This document shows, piece after piece, positions 12,030 to 27,000 of a stretch of 64,000 bases of DNA. Position 1 is the first letter of the stretch; every line of letters begins with the position of its first letter. The DNA comes from Phoronis australis (taxonomy: Eukaryota > Animalia > Phoronida): positions 784,010-848,009 of the forward strand of contig NMRA01000105.1 in the NCBI GenBank assembly GCA_002633005.1, given 5' to 3'. The translations under genes and the position numbers were made by a program. A model generated the notes under the pieces. It worked only from the letters and a program-made list of their open reading frames with translations. It was not told the DNA's origin and made no database searches.

Positions 12030-15000
12030 ATGCAGAAAGCGGATGTTGTCATAGTAGGAGCCGGTATAAGCGGTAAGTCAGATGCTCTTCGGCATTCAAA
12101 GCACACTGATGTCCCACTCAAGCGCATCACAGTCCAAAGATAACCAGCTTATTGGGCGGGATTTGACATAGGACGAGTATTCACAGAGCTGTTGTCGTCT
12201 TCTAATCATACTTAAAATATCTCAGCTTCGTTTGTGTCAAAAGTCACCAGCTAAACAGGGGTCCGGCTCCCTGGACCTCAGCGCGGGCTTGAGCCTACAC
12301 TTGGGTACCGTTTCGGACGCGCAAGCCTCGCTAAGGAAGATAGTGTGAAAACGTGCTTCGCTTGTAATATGTGACAAAATCTCGTGAGGTCTTGCGTGTT
12401 CTTGGGTTTTCGCGAGATTCTCTTATACGAACAAACGCATTAGGCGATACATCTTATTTCACGGAAATCGGGGGCATAAATATTTCTTACAGATTGGTAT
12501 TACAACAGACACACACATAGGGTATTAGTGAGGTTAATGATAACCTTTGCCTCTGAGCAACTCATTGGGGCGTCTTGAATAAGGGTCATGCGCCTCAAGC
12601 CAACGATAAGCTGCAGCTCGCTAAGCTGGACTGCTCGTGATTAGGCCCCTATGTTATATGTTAGCGTTACTTTTTATTTGTGGCAGATCCTAGAAAAATA
12701 GAAATCACATGTTATTATAAATTATAATAATTATAATACTATATAGCCGCGTTTTAGTCGATGGTTGAGTTCTCAGAGAACAAATTAGCCGAACCACGAT
12801 CACAGTGAATATGGTGCATGAACATTATAGTTGTAGGCCTACGTTTTCATTTCGCAACTTAAATATCACAGGGACCGCTCTAACGAGCATTTTGGTAACA
12901 TTATCCTTTGCTGTTTTAGTCTTCGAATTCAATTTTCACCAAAATGTCAGCTAGAACTTTCAACTCGCGATTAGTAGCCTTTAACGCTGTAGTGTTTTAA
13001 TTTTTCGGCGTTTTCAAAATGTAGTTAAGCTTACCCATGACATCGCTTCGCTTGTTGTTATCAACATCGTTTGAAACGCCTGGGCCCAAATTGTAAATAG
13101 CGGTATAACCAGGAAATTAAATCGAGCAATTTACTGATGAGCGTGACCCGTTACGTCGTATTTTGTAGGACTCTCATGTGCCCGACTCCTTGATAAGGAA
13201 GGTTTAAATGTGGTGGTGTTGGAAGCACGCGACAGAGTCGGTGGACGAACATGGACCACATTCGACCCCTCTTACAAATACATCGACGTCGGAGGCTCGT
13301 ACGTAGGCCCCACTCAAAACAGAATCTTGCGACTGGCCAAAGAGCTTGGAGTGGAGACGTATAAGATTTACTCAGACGGACAAGACGTTCACATGAGCAG
13401 ATCTGTGAGTCATGTTTGACGTGAAGTCGCGGAGATTGGTTCTGAATTAGCATGCGCGCATTGCCGTTTCAGTTCCAAGGGATTGATTCAATGAAATGAC
13501 CGAACCACTAGATCATGTAAATTACATTTCTTTGGTAAGCTTTAACGATGAAAAGCCGAACCAGCTTTGTCGTTCGAGCATGTAGAGGTTTTGTCAAAAT
13601 TTAGAAGGTGCTCATGTAGAACTGTGGCCATAAAACTCACAGCATACATTTCGTAAAAATACAAACTTGGCTACGACTAGGGACGGAAACGCTTTTCAGT
13701 TACAGCAAAGGTATCTATAGACTCACCTTCTGATATAATGCTTTAATCTTGGTGAACTATGAAGAAATTTTGGTTAGGCCCAAAATAGCACAACTGGGTT
13801 TGGTTTGCAAGCAACTCAATTTGAAACCTCGGCTCACCGCTGGCATCAGGCGGCGCTGGGAAAAAAGAAGGAACCATATCCATTTCAGTTGGCATCATGT
13901 GACCTTTCTTTTTTAAAATATGATGAAAACCTGAAAAATACCGCACCACTGCATCATTTTTTACAATAGAAAAATCAAAAACACATACAATTACCTCGTG
14001 TTTTTGTGACTTCGTGTTAGCCTCCGCAGTGTTGTAATTGACATAAAATTGTTCAAACCATAAGCATAGAAATATGGTTCAAACTATCTTCGTCTAACGA
14101 AACATTTTCTAATCACGTGCATCTTCCATTGCGTCAACTCGTATAAAACAAGAAGAAATATAGTAACTTATTTTCATCACCATTATTTGCCAGTCAATAA
14201 GTCTTACTAGACCGTCTTTCTGTTTAGCACTGATAAAGCGAGCTCACTCTAACCCCCTTGGTCAATCTCGTTCATGGCCTGCACTTCGGGCTCAGTAGAA
14301 TTCCAAATACACGCCTTACAAAATGAGATCACCTCGATACATGACACGAATTCCGGCCTGGGACTTGGACCTCGAGCATTGTAATTAGTTTCTAGTTTCG
14401 AAGAACGCGGACCGACGCTGGTCGATGCGAGGTTCCAATCTAACAGGGGTGGTGTTCAGTTGTTGGTCTACCTAACTTATGCCCGGATCCTGAGGATACT
14501 CAAGACTCCCAGGCCCCGTAATCGGCTACTTTTTAATGGAGAACATATAGTGTCTGACCTTTGTTAGGGCCCTCTGGTCATGACCCTGGATCTGCATACG
14601 TTTTTGCCTTCTCTGAAAATGTAAATTCTTACTTTTGATCTATCGCTTCTACAACTTGTACGTGTATTTCTGACCAGGGCAAGATTGCTCGTTATTCGAG
14701 CATTTCCCATTCGTGGAATCCATTCGTCACAATGGACATACTCAACTTTATGAGAAGGTTTGACGACATGGGCGAAGAGGTAAATCAACTGCCGACAGTT
14801 GCATTTCGCCCGGTTTAGCTGACCAGAAAACGAAAACAGAATAAGCCTATTACTCTCATAAAATCGGTCTCATAACATTCCTACCAACAAGAGCATCGCA
14901 TCATCCGTAAAGCGACTTAAGAACGCATAATGCCTGTTGTTTAAGTTGGTCAAGGAGATAGAATCATATTCTGGTAAGGAATATTAATCACACCGATTTT

Positions 15001-18000
15001 AGGAGAGAGAAGTCCTAATTCGATTGTCGCTTTTTATCCACCTAAACAGGGCGAAATACAGTAAACGATAACACTATGGAATAAATTCCAAAAAACAACG
15101 TAACGTTTAAGGTAGTCGCACACGATGCAGCATCGATCGCTCGTAATTGGAGCATGCAGTTGTCTTATCGTGTGCTGGGTCTATAAGTTACGTAACGTTG
15201 ATTAACTTTTGATCCGTATCACACGCAGCGCTAATTTGGTCAAGTCGAAATTGCAAATTTTAAACAATCATAAAATTCCACTTAGCGATGGTGAATCGTT
15301 CCATGGTTTTATCCTATGCTTTGGGAACGCTACTAATTCACCGTATTTATAAAATCAAACCTGGGCATTTCAGCCCCAAACTACTTGAACCGAAACAATG
15401 GTATGGCACTTTGGCATTAGAAGTATACATTATACACACAATGTTAAAATATTGTGTCTGCCTTCCTACCTCTAAAATTACGAATTTAAAGACAGAGCAT
15501 GTGCGACTCGCCTGTACCTTGAGTTACCGGCTCATTCGGCGATAAGTCAAGATCGGATGAGCGTGGTTACGTTTTAAACTCCAAATCACTTCGGTTAAGA
15601 ATACAATACTGGCAGCTAAACGTGGGCGAAATGCAACCGGCCTAATTAAAGATAACTTTTTACTTACATCGACGGCGATGTTTATTTTTTCCAAAAACTA
15701 CGAGTTAAAAAGCAGTGTTGACGACAGAAAACACATGAATTTGGCGACATATGAATTACTACGAAAGCCTGACATATATTTACTCGACCCCTAGGTCCCC
15801 GTGGATGCACCCTGGTCCGCACCTCGTGCCAACGAATGGGACAACATGACAATGGAGGAATGGATTAAGGCCAACTACTTTTTGGAGTACGTTAAAGGTT
15901 TAGGAAGGAACACAGAGCTCCCGTGCAGCGTTAATTTAGTTAAGCCAAAGTCGCGAACTTTAAACTCGAATTAAGTTATGCCATTTAAGCTTCTCATTGA
16001 AGTAATCAATGAACTCCATTATTCTGTCCCTACTGTTCCAGTGGGTTATTAAGAATGCTAACTCACCTCAACAGCAGTGATTAATTGTGGTCATGGGACA
16101 ACTTCAGTGGTGAAATACACTTGTAATTGTCATGAAACGGTGGCCTTAAATTGTGCTCAGAAGCGGTGGTGCTGAGCGCGGCAAAAGAACCAGCTGGGAT
16201 CCACTGATCTTCCAACACAATTTGTATTTATCAGGGAATTTCGCCCAGTGTGGTTATTACTTGTTTGATTCTGTGTCAACCTGCATTCGGTGATTATTAA
16301 GGGGGGTCTGGTAACTGAAATTACATTTGATTTTATATTTCAACAGAGAAAGTCGTAATTTCATCCGCGTGTTTGTTCGAGTTAATATGACTGCTGAGCC
16401 GAGTGAGGTTTCACTTCTGTTCGTGTTGTGGTATGTCAGACAATGCCAAGGAACTCACCGTATCCAAGACACTGAAAATGGTGCACAGGTAGGTGAGATT
16501 CGCGTCACTTGTATGAGTAGACAGGAAACAGAAACCACATTTCTCGAATAAGATGCTTGCGTTTTTTGTAAAACCTATATACTTGTTACAGAAATTGTAT
16601 CAGTATGTGTAGAACTGTGCGCATGCGTCAATAGCAATTTTTTCACGTCGTTTGGAATTCGATGCATACATGTATTGCCTTCTTTTAGAATTTCAAAAAA
16701 AATCAAAATTAAGCCAAAAATCCTGGTTGTCAAAATAGGAATTCATTTCGGTTCCATCTTGTGTTCTCTTCAATCCACTAGCCGGTCAATTCTCAAGTTT
16801 CAGCTAAATAGTGAAACCAATGCTATTATGGCAAATATTTTTATGTTCCGCTTAACTGGCTTAATTAGCATGCTTATTGATTTCACATTTAAGTATTGAG
16901 TGGAACAGAATGTAACTCTAAGCTGGCTGCAGCGCCGACCTTGTGCGCATGTTCAAAATTTGACAGAGCAGGCTCATGCATTTATTTGTAAACGGTACCC
17001 TAGTTTTCACACTCCTGGTAAAACATAAAGTTTAACGGCGTCGATTGTTTTCTTTTTAAACTGTTTGATGTCACGTGCTAATTGCTGGTACTTTACGTTT
17101 ATTTGTGGAAAAGGAACGTAAATTTGTTGGTGGGTCTAACCAAATTACAGTCAAGATGGCAGAAGAACTAAAGGGTGAGTATTAGTGTGATTAGAAATGA
17201 ATGCTTTATTTCACTCTACAACAGTATAATTACTTCCTCTAAGGACGTTAAGCCATCAAATTTTCTTTTCTTAATTCATTGGTGTCGTAGTGTCAATACA
17301 GCGAGCAAACGATGCAGCAAAGACGTTTTAAAGTCTTTGTTAATTAAAATAACGTGCATACTGATTGTGGTTCTCTCGTATCATTTCGCAACTGGAAATT
17401 GTGAACTCTCTGAAGGCAGTGACAGTACAGCAAGTATCCTCAAGCAGTGCAGTCCCTGGTATCCCTTCCTTATGCACTGCAGGCGCGCTTTTTAGAATTT
17501 TCATATGACGTCATCAACTAAATCATCCGCCATGTTAGAGGACAAACATTTTAGTATCCCTGTGGTATTGCGAAACACATTGCTCAGCTGAATTCTCTGC
17601 AGAATTTATTAAGTACAACGGTGAATTTTTGTAGAATAGTTGGCTTCTCAAGCAGGAGTGCTAGAGATGTTACGTCATTCTATCATCTTCCAGAAAATAT
17701 TGATCATCAATGGGAAAAGCCCGAAGATTTGTGTTGGCCAGGGCAGTTGAACATTTTTTTCGTTTTGAAGAAATTCTTCGACATCATCAGGAAAATAATG
17801 CCTCCCGCACCACAAAAATCAAATATTAAGTTATTAAAATTGACTTAAGCAGTACATAGTCATTGCAACTTTTGTGGCGAAATTCGGGTCACTTGTTAGG
17901 ATCGGATCGGCCATCTCAGACGACGTCGACAGCGGCATAAGTTACGAGTTCAAAACTATTTATAAATTATTTTCACCAATATTTTACAGAGGAATTTAGT

Positions 18001-21000
18001 GAGGCATGTTTTTGCCTTCTATTTTAAACGATTCAACATTTTCACGAGAATTTGGTCACGCAGATGTTACTTATATCGAGTGATAACGGGCTCACAATTC
18101 CGGCACCGACAACATGGCGACTTTTGCTGATCTGAATAACATGTTCAACCGGCTGCTTCGGTGAAGATTTAAGTATGACACCTTTTAATCTACACTGTTA
18201 TAAAACAGCAACGTGGTACAATTTTCAGGTTTTTGTGATAAAATGTAAGGAATAGTTCTTATTACATGTCTTTCACTGTGAATTTCCCATTCAGTTGAAA
18301 ATCCACAGATTTCAAAAGGATCAAACTTTGGTTACATTTCCATAACAATAATTGTTTATAAGGAGGTTGGCGTCTCAAAACCGGTGGAACAATTTTCATA
18401 TTCATTTTTGATGTAGAGTTTTCCGATTTAAGGTGAAGTGTTACAAATAAGACTTGGTGTAAAAATTATTCCAGAAATTTGACCTTACTTTCATATAAAA
18501 ACAAAATTCACACCCCTTTATTGGGCCTATCCTGTTGCTGCCATGCAGCAAAATTGGTCGATTGCCGTGCCGTTCATTTTGCGTGACCTAAATTTTGGAC
18601 TCAAAATAGAAAACAAATGTTCCTTGGTATTTGAAAATGTTGTTGAGGTCCGTGCAAACCTAGGAATGAGGATACTGGGTGATTATGGGTCTATTAACGT
18701 GAGTTTTGTTTCACGAATTTACTTATCACGCGCATTAAACATTTTTTAAACTCATGGACGTTCAGCATGGCAAAATCACCGATCCAAATACAATATGTTG
18801 CTCCGTCTCTTAATTTGTTCCCTTGTCTTTATGTTCCCCGTCCTGGTTTTCCACCTCCTGATGTCGGTATTTCATAGTAGTCTATGCCTGTGATAAATGT
18901 CAATGGTGGTCGCTCACAAGCCGATTACCAACATTTTACAACTTGCGATAACTCGGCCTGCTATCATTGACCACCGCCATTGCTTGTTCTCCAACATGGC
19001 GCACTTCCGGGTAGTGATGATGTAATTGCAAACATTCTATATCTATAGAATATAACTAGGCCTACTATGAACAGCATTTCTTTTCGTATTCACCCGGCAG
19101 TTGCAAAGGCAAGGGAACTCAAGGAGTATGCAGTTGTCGACTATCATTATATATTACAGGCAAAGTGCGACACAACAGTCCTGTTAAAGCTGTTATGCAA
19201 TCCGACTCAACAGTTACCATAGAAACCCTACATGGACAGGAATATGAGGTAAAATGCATACATGGCTCTATTAACGAAAACAAAATGAAGTTCAATGGTT
19301 ATGTTTTCATGTTTTTGTTACCAAACAACGCATTTTATCTAATATCTTCAGAGTGTGTAGGTAGCGACCACTCCAGTCGGTGGAAAGCGAGGATTCGCAA
19401 CCTTTCCGAAGCTAGTGTTAGAATCTTTCGAAAACGCAAGAACACGCAAGAGATATCGCGAGAGTATTGCCAGGTATTACCCTTAGTCAGGTTCACTATG
19501 TCTAAATTTTGACATTCGTTGGAATTTTTTGGGGAAAGTGGAAACTATACATTTTTGGAAACCTCATGGAATGACGAATCAGAAAATAAATAATTCCATT
19601 TTCTCGGTGGCCATCTTGGCGGCCATCTTGGATTTTCAAAAATGGCGCCGGTAAAATGGATTTTGCTCAATATATCCGCCCTTGGGTCACTGAGAGTGTT
19701 AGTTATTATGGCTTCACCTGCAGTTCTGAAGTCAATGAAATGGAAATTTTAATTTTGTTTGGCAGCCATCTTGAAATTTCACAAAAGGGCGCCCGTAAAA
19801 TACATTTTGCTCAGTATTTCTGCTCTTGGGTCACTTAGAATGCTAGTTTTAATGGCTGCACCCACATTTTGTGGGGTAAGGATTTGAAAACACTATTTCT
19901 AAAAGGATACATATAACCTAAATGATTTTAGTAGCGGATAAAACCCCCCAGAATATTTAAAGGAATCACAGAAACGCAGTTTAACCTACACGTATATTTA
20001 CAGTGTATATCTATATCTTTTTGAAAAGACATTTGAGACATATCTTTTGAAAATTTCGTTATTATTTCCACTGTTCACTTTGGAATCCAGTTCTCCTCTA
20101 CTCACTGGAAATGCATTTTGCCTTTGACAGTCGGGTGGCAGATAAGCTTGGCAGTAGCCAGGCTGAGGATCAATGAGGAGTTGTAGCCAGCTGGGCAAAT
20201 CGACCATAAACACGCTATCAGCCACTATGAATTCACCCTGATACCAAGAGCAATCTTTGCTACCGGTGGGGCAATACTGTCATGCACAGAAAAATCGAAT
20301 CAAATCCACCTTCTGCAGAAACTTTCCGAAACAGACGTCTTAGAACAGGACAGTCCTCAATCTGCAAGAGAGGTTTTAGACCCAGAAAACATGTAAACAA
20401 CATTCAATGAGTGTTCACCCAAGCCACAAAACTGCACATGTGGATAGTATGGAAGTGATTTTCTTAACTAGAGTTTATGACGATATCATTCTGGTTTTGA
20501 CACCCACAAAGACAACTCTTTGAAACAGGCGCGACAAGAGAAAACAGGAGGCAGAGAAAGGGTCAAGTACAGTACCAGATAAGAGATGAGACTTACATAA
20601 AGAACATCCCAATGAGCCGTTTCCTCTCCCATGACCTACTGAATATCTATCTGCAAAGACACTTGAATATAATAAAGACTCTGCCAAGATGGCCATTACT
20701 TCAGCTTCAGGATGCACAAAGACCAACCGACGTGATCTACGCTTAGAAGAAAACGATCACGAAAAAGCAGATGTATTGCTAATACACTGTACATCATGCA
20801 GTTCTGGCATCACATCAAAAGGTCCCTGATTCTCAGCTGATTCTTTCTTTTCACCTGATTTAGATTTACTGGTACTCGTCATTGCCTATTATGACAGGCT
20901 TCTCAGAAATTATTCAGTCCCCATGGCATCTGGGATTGTGGACGTGAATCCAATATGGACAATATTAGGTGCTGTCCGGGCAAATAGGTCTTCCTGCTTT

Positions 21001-24000
21001 CCATGCTTTTACATGGATAGACAACACTGGCCCATTCTTTAGGTTGAATATATATTTTGAAGGCAAACACCGATGATATCAATGCGCAACAGACTTTTTG
21101 TACTGCTTATCAAGTAACAGGTGAACCTTTTTCACATGTGCATAGTCACCACAGGATATAGGCACAAATAGCATTCGAGAGCTGAGATGGTACCTCTTCT
21201 GTAAACATACGGCTGACAGCGACAAACGTCCACCAACCATTGGTGCTTTGAAACAGCATGTGCTGAGGGTGTTTATTCAAGCCAGAGTGTGGGGCCAGGC
21301 AGTCATTGCTATACAGGAGTTCCTTGATCCATTGCAGAATGAATTTACAAGGACAAAGATGACCAGCTGAAACACTCAAAACTGAGGAGCTTCCGGCGCC
21401 AGAGGCTATCATTGAGATGGTAAATGCCAGTGAAAAAACAATTCTTCTTCCCAAAGATGCTCTTGCCGATCAAAGGACCTATCTTATACAGATCTATGTC
21501 AGTATAGTGCAGAGTGTCAGACTGGTGATGATGATGTGATTCCTGATGACAGTGATACTATAGTAATGATCTATAGACTGATTTCAAAGTTTTGAAAGAC
21601 TGTTGACACTACAAAAAACATACTTTCATGTTCTTCAAACGTAAATAAGTTGTTTAGGTACTGGTTTAGTTTTAATTGTCTCGAAGGAAACAAGCTTCGA
21701 ACAAAATATACAAAAAGTAAGATAGTGATCATGTTTCGGATTACATGAAGAATGCATTTAGAAAATGTGGCTGCTAATAAATGGGGTTTTGATTATGTTT
21801 CTCATTTAATAAGTTGCGTTTCAGATTTCTTGACCACAAAAATGTGGGTGCAGCCATTAAAACTAACGTTCTAAGTGACCCAAGAGCAAAGATAGGCTGA
21901 GGAAAATGTATTTTACGGGCGCCATTTTTAAAAAGTCCAAGATGGCTGCCAAGATGGCGCCCAAAAAAATTAAAATTTCCAATTCCTTGACCTGAGAAAT
22001 GCAGGTGTAGCCATAAAAACCAACATTCTAAGTGACCCAAAAGCGGAGATATTGGGCAAAATCCAATTTACCGGCGCCATTTTTGAAAATCCAAGATGGC
22101 CGCCAAGATGGCCGTCAAAAATGGAATCAAGTATTTTCTGATTTGTCATTCCATGAGGTTTCCAAAAATGTATAGTTTTCACTTTCCCCAAAAAATTCCA
22201 ACAAAATTACATAACAAATCTGACTACCTAGAGAAGCACGTGATCGAACTAGCTTCCGCGAGACTCTTGCTTCTAAGACAGCTGTTATTTACTGTAATGA
22301 TAGATGATGCCTGACTTTAACACTGCCGATAAGACATTGAACTACACATACACGAAAACGTCTCTTCGAGTATTTGAATCACCAATCAAAAGGATGCCAA
22401 ACCCGGTTTGGCATGTAGGCCTATTAACAGATATTAAAAACTACTTTCTTGCTCAATTTCTGAAACCAAATAACGCTATGCGGCTTCGACAACCCTCAAA
22501 AGTTTGGTAACTGCGGGAAATGACAACCGATGTCCAATTCGTTAAATAGGGGTGGTGAGTTTTTACTGGATTGACGTCAATGATGCATTAGCACGTGGCA
22601 GAGAGAGGGTTGAATGAATCATCAAAACAGGGTTTAGTGTTCTTTAGAGGACAGTATAACACACTGTAAACAAGCAATTCGCGAGACACTTGCGCGAGAA
22701 ACCTAATCACTTCAGTTGCCGCTATTTTTTCTAGAGTACGCAAATAAGGTCCCTAGCGTGATGTGGCGTGGTCTTGCGCAATCTTGCTTTTTCGCGAATG
22801 TCTTGCTTATACTGAATGTTATTATCGGAGTTTGTTAATGCAAGCCGAGATTGAAAGCTACGAGGGTCGGGTATAGGATAGTAAAACGTATTTGGGGCGT
22901 ACAGGTGTCCCTAACGACCATAGTTGCGCTTCAAATTTAGCACTCTTACCCTAGGCCCCGCATGTAATTGTCACCATCCCGCCGGCCATTCAGTCTGCGA
23001 TTCATTTTGATCCGCCATTCAGCTCCAAACGGACACAGCTCATTCAGCGCATGCCCATGGGAAGCTGTATAAAGTCGACCACTGTGTTCGCGAAACCTTA
23101 TTGGAAGAACAACGGTAAGTACTTAAGTAATTTCAAACCTCTTCCTGAGTCTGGTACAAAATTATACCAAGAGGTGAGATTTTAGAATGACGCATCAAAA
23201 ACAAGAAGTAATAATTTCTAATTCAAAAGCAGTTCATGACAATGCTGAAAAGTTTAGAACTGTTATAGAGCCGTCTTTCGTCAGATCTTTAAATTTAGAC
23301 CATATGCCGTAATAAAATTTTAATTGGTCTAAATTTAAAGATTAAAATCTGAAAATGTTCGATAGAAAGAAAGCACTGACAGTTGGTCATGTCTTCAGTT
23401 GAGGCCAAGCAGAACAAATTCATTCGACACTGTGTGCCAGTTTATTTACAGAGCATGGTGTCTTGGCAATTCTTTGTAAACCTCAAAATCACATCAGATG
23501 AGCAATAATAATAATTCGAAACAATTTTGTAGCGGGTAAGTTTTTTTTTACCTGAGATGTGTTTTAGGAAGTCTTAATACGAGGCCTTTTTCTCAAAAAA
23601 CTATTGTCTTTACCCAGAAGTCTGAAGTCTGATTACGAGTGGTCTTTTGGGTTTCTCAAAATGTTTCGTCTTCTGTCTAGTTAAGCAGACTACGGATTTC
23701 TGTTTTTTGGTTTCGAGTTGTAGACATATTTTCTGACATTCAGTTTCCATGAAACCGGCTAAGCCATCTGTAGATTGATTGTTTTAACTGAAAGTCAACA
23801 GACGTAGGCCAATTGACTTTCCAAGAAACAGGTCCCAGGTCATGAAATCACTGACACGAACTGTCTCTTTCACCGATATTTAGGTCTCAGCGGTACAGCG
23901 TTTCTCGACACGTTTCCATTAACTGCCACGTTAGATGATTGCAAGCCAGACGGAACCTATCCAGGGATAACCACGTAAGGTTCATCGTGTGAGGAATTTT

Positions 24001-27000
24001 ACGTAAACGCACGCTGGGCGGGTTTTACGGACATCTGGGAACAGCATTAGGGGCGCATTTTGAAAACGATAATCATTTCTATCAAAATTGCAGGGGACGA
24101 ACTCATCAAACACAAGAAAATGTTTTCCCGCAATGACCTTTTTAGGCGAGGCTATCTTTAAAGAAAAATACCTATCGTTACCAAATTTTACAGGATGCTT
24201 GGACTTTTAACTGCTTAAACCCATATTCAAGTAAAACCTAGACGGGAAATGCGTACATGTTAGTATATTTTTAGGGCAATTTTCAAAAATGAGTCTCCAA
24301 ATGTTAATTGATCACAAATTAAAATTCCCAACCAATCAACATTAAAATGTTGGGCCATTTTCAGCATCGATTTTACGCAAAATTTTCGTTTGTGTTGATC
24401 AGGGCCAAAGATTTATAAGCAGGAGAACCCACATCGAACCCATTCTCTTTGACATCCAGGATGCAGACACATACAAGCTTATTTGAATGTTAAGTTAGTG
24501 CCAGACACGCAATAGGTAACTTTCGAAATAGCCGCGCTATATTGAAATTCATTATCTGCTGGACTTGTACGACAACCTGTAGTATGTTGCTGCTCACTAG
24601 AGTGATCCTTTATGTGGATTCAAATGTCTTGTAAATGTTCGAGTTTAATTCAACTCAAACTATTTCAAGTTATGTCTTCTGATGTTGTGATTTCAGATTC
24701 ATTGGGGGTGACGGAGCCCGGCAACTGGTAGACAAGTCCAAAGAAGAACGGATGAGGATAACGTGTCAAATATTTTCCAAAATATTTGGCTCTAAAGAAT
24801 GCCTGAATGTAAGAAATGGTTTGTGATTCCAGCATGTCACCTTTACCAAATCTTTTATATTAAGTGACGCACTTAGTCAATTACTAAGACCGGGCAAATG
24901 CTAGTGTTGCAATTGTTCAATTTACCGCTGTGAGTTGTTTCTAATTTTCACACGCCCCGAAGACTTTACTTCAATCCGACTTTTACATAAGTATTGCACG
25001 GAAGGGCGGTGCTCTCCGCACTTGGTGTTTTTTGTCGCCCATCTTTGTTATATTAGAAAAATAGTTTTATATACGTTTTATATAATTAGTTTTGTACATT
25101 ATCACTTTATCTTACAATAAACGTTTCAACCACATTCTGTTTTTTCTAACTTATAATACTTAGCTCTAGTCGCCGCATAAGCAAAATATTGTCCTCGATA
25201 AAGGAAATTTCATTTCAATTCAATGTACTTATCAGGAAATATTTCCCTCCGTCCATCATTCTGCCGTTGCTTGTCTATGTGTATATCGTCACTGTGATCT
25301 ATTTCTTCACAGCTGTGTTTTACGTAATAGTTCTTTATTCCATCCGGAGGGTTCACTGAACTTTATTAGCTTATTTGCACTCAGACGACACAGGCCGTGT
25401 TTCTGGTCAGTCTTGTTTTCCCGCCTAATAGCCTCCCGTTTTATAGTATTTTATACTGGGAAAATTTTATCCATTTGTCCACAGTGTATTTTAGAGTCTC
25501 CATTTGGTGTATTTATGGCTGTTTGTGGTGCTCAGGTCAATCTCCTGAGGGCGCTACCTATTAGTACATATGAGTGTTGTGATGTTGTACGTGATCTTGG
25601 AATCTTGCTTAATCTCTTGCACTAAATTAAATTACATATTAATAAAATAACGTAAATTTCAACCAATCCATTTTCAACTATTGGTGATCTTTCTCGCCAA
25701 ACAATAATTGATTTAATCATTCGCATATTTCTCCTATTTTTGACACAAGTTATGCTAAAAGAGAAAATGGGTGACCAGGAGCCCACTAATTAAAAAATTC
25801 TTTACACTGAACAAAAAAATTTACTTGATTGCCCAAATGAATATTCACGCCTACGCGATCTTGAGATTAAGCAGGATTCCTAGTTCACGCACAGCAGTGA
25901 TAACAATTGCATGGGCCGTCAACTGAGCGCAATTGATACAAATCTTACGGTACTGTATTCTGCAAATCAAATATGTGTAATTGTATGTATTTGGTAGCCT
26001 GTCGCTTACGTCGACCATGACTGGGCCACGGAACCATACACAGGCGGCGCTTACACTGCTACTTACCCACCTGGCGTCATAACCAGATTTGGCAGGTAAA
26101 CTTACCCTACGCCGTACTTTGTACAGCAAATATGCCTTTAAAGACAATTGATAATTTTAACATCAGTATATGGCCTCATTTAAGAAATCTGAGCTTTTAG
26201 TTGATGTAGCGCTCTGATGAATATTGAAAGTGTGATTTCTATGCGCCTGCATATACATAACTATGTGTGTGTATATTACAATATTGTGATCCCAGCAGCT
26301 AAGCAGCATTCGTAAATGTCAGTTGGCAAATGCAATGTAGCGTCTAATGAGACCAGATGACGACATATTTAGGACGCATCCAGCTACCAATGTGTCTCCT
26401 GGTGACAACCTGATTTTTTGCATTTGCCTTGGTATTTTTGGAATTCCTTGACGGATAATTTTTTTCCAAACTATTTATTTATCAAGGAGAAGAAGATGCT
26501 TTTTCGTTTTTGTACGGGTTCGAGGTTGTCTACGCCCTCTAATAAACACCCCAGAAACAAGTTCCGCTAGTAGAGTAGCCGTGGACATAATTTAACGCTC
26601 TAGACTGTCACAAAGCCAATTATATGTACCATCTTGTTTTCAGTGAAATAAGAAAAGCTCATGGGCGCGTTTACTTCGCCGGTACGGAAACGGCTACTCA
26701 CTGGTCCGGATACATGGAGGGTGCAGTTCAGAGCGGAGAGCGGGCGGCGAGAGAGGTAGGTCAGTGAATACGTAAGACGATGTAGCCCGGCTATCATGTT
26801 GACCGCACCGAGCTAATATGGCTTTGGCAACCGACTCACTGCCTACAGAAAAATTGTTGAAGACTGTATTTTCCATTGATGATGTTCGTTTAAGGCCAAA
26901 AAAGTAATAGAAAACCCAGCACAATTATTGTTAATATTGTTAATATTCTGTATATATATACATATATACATGAGTCCAAGTGTCCAACGTTTCGATGAAG

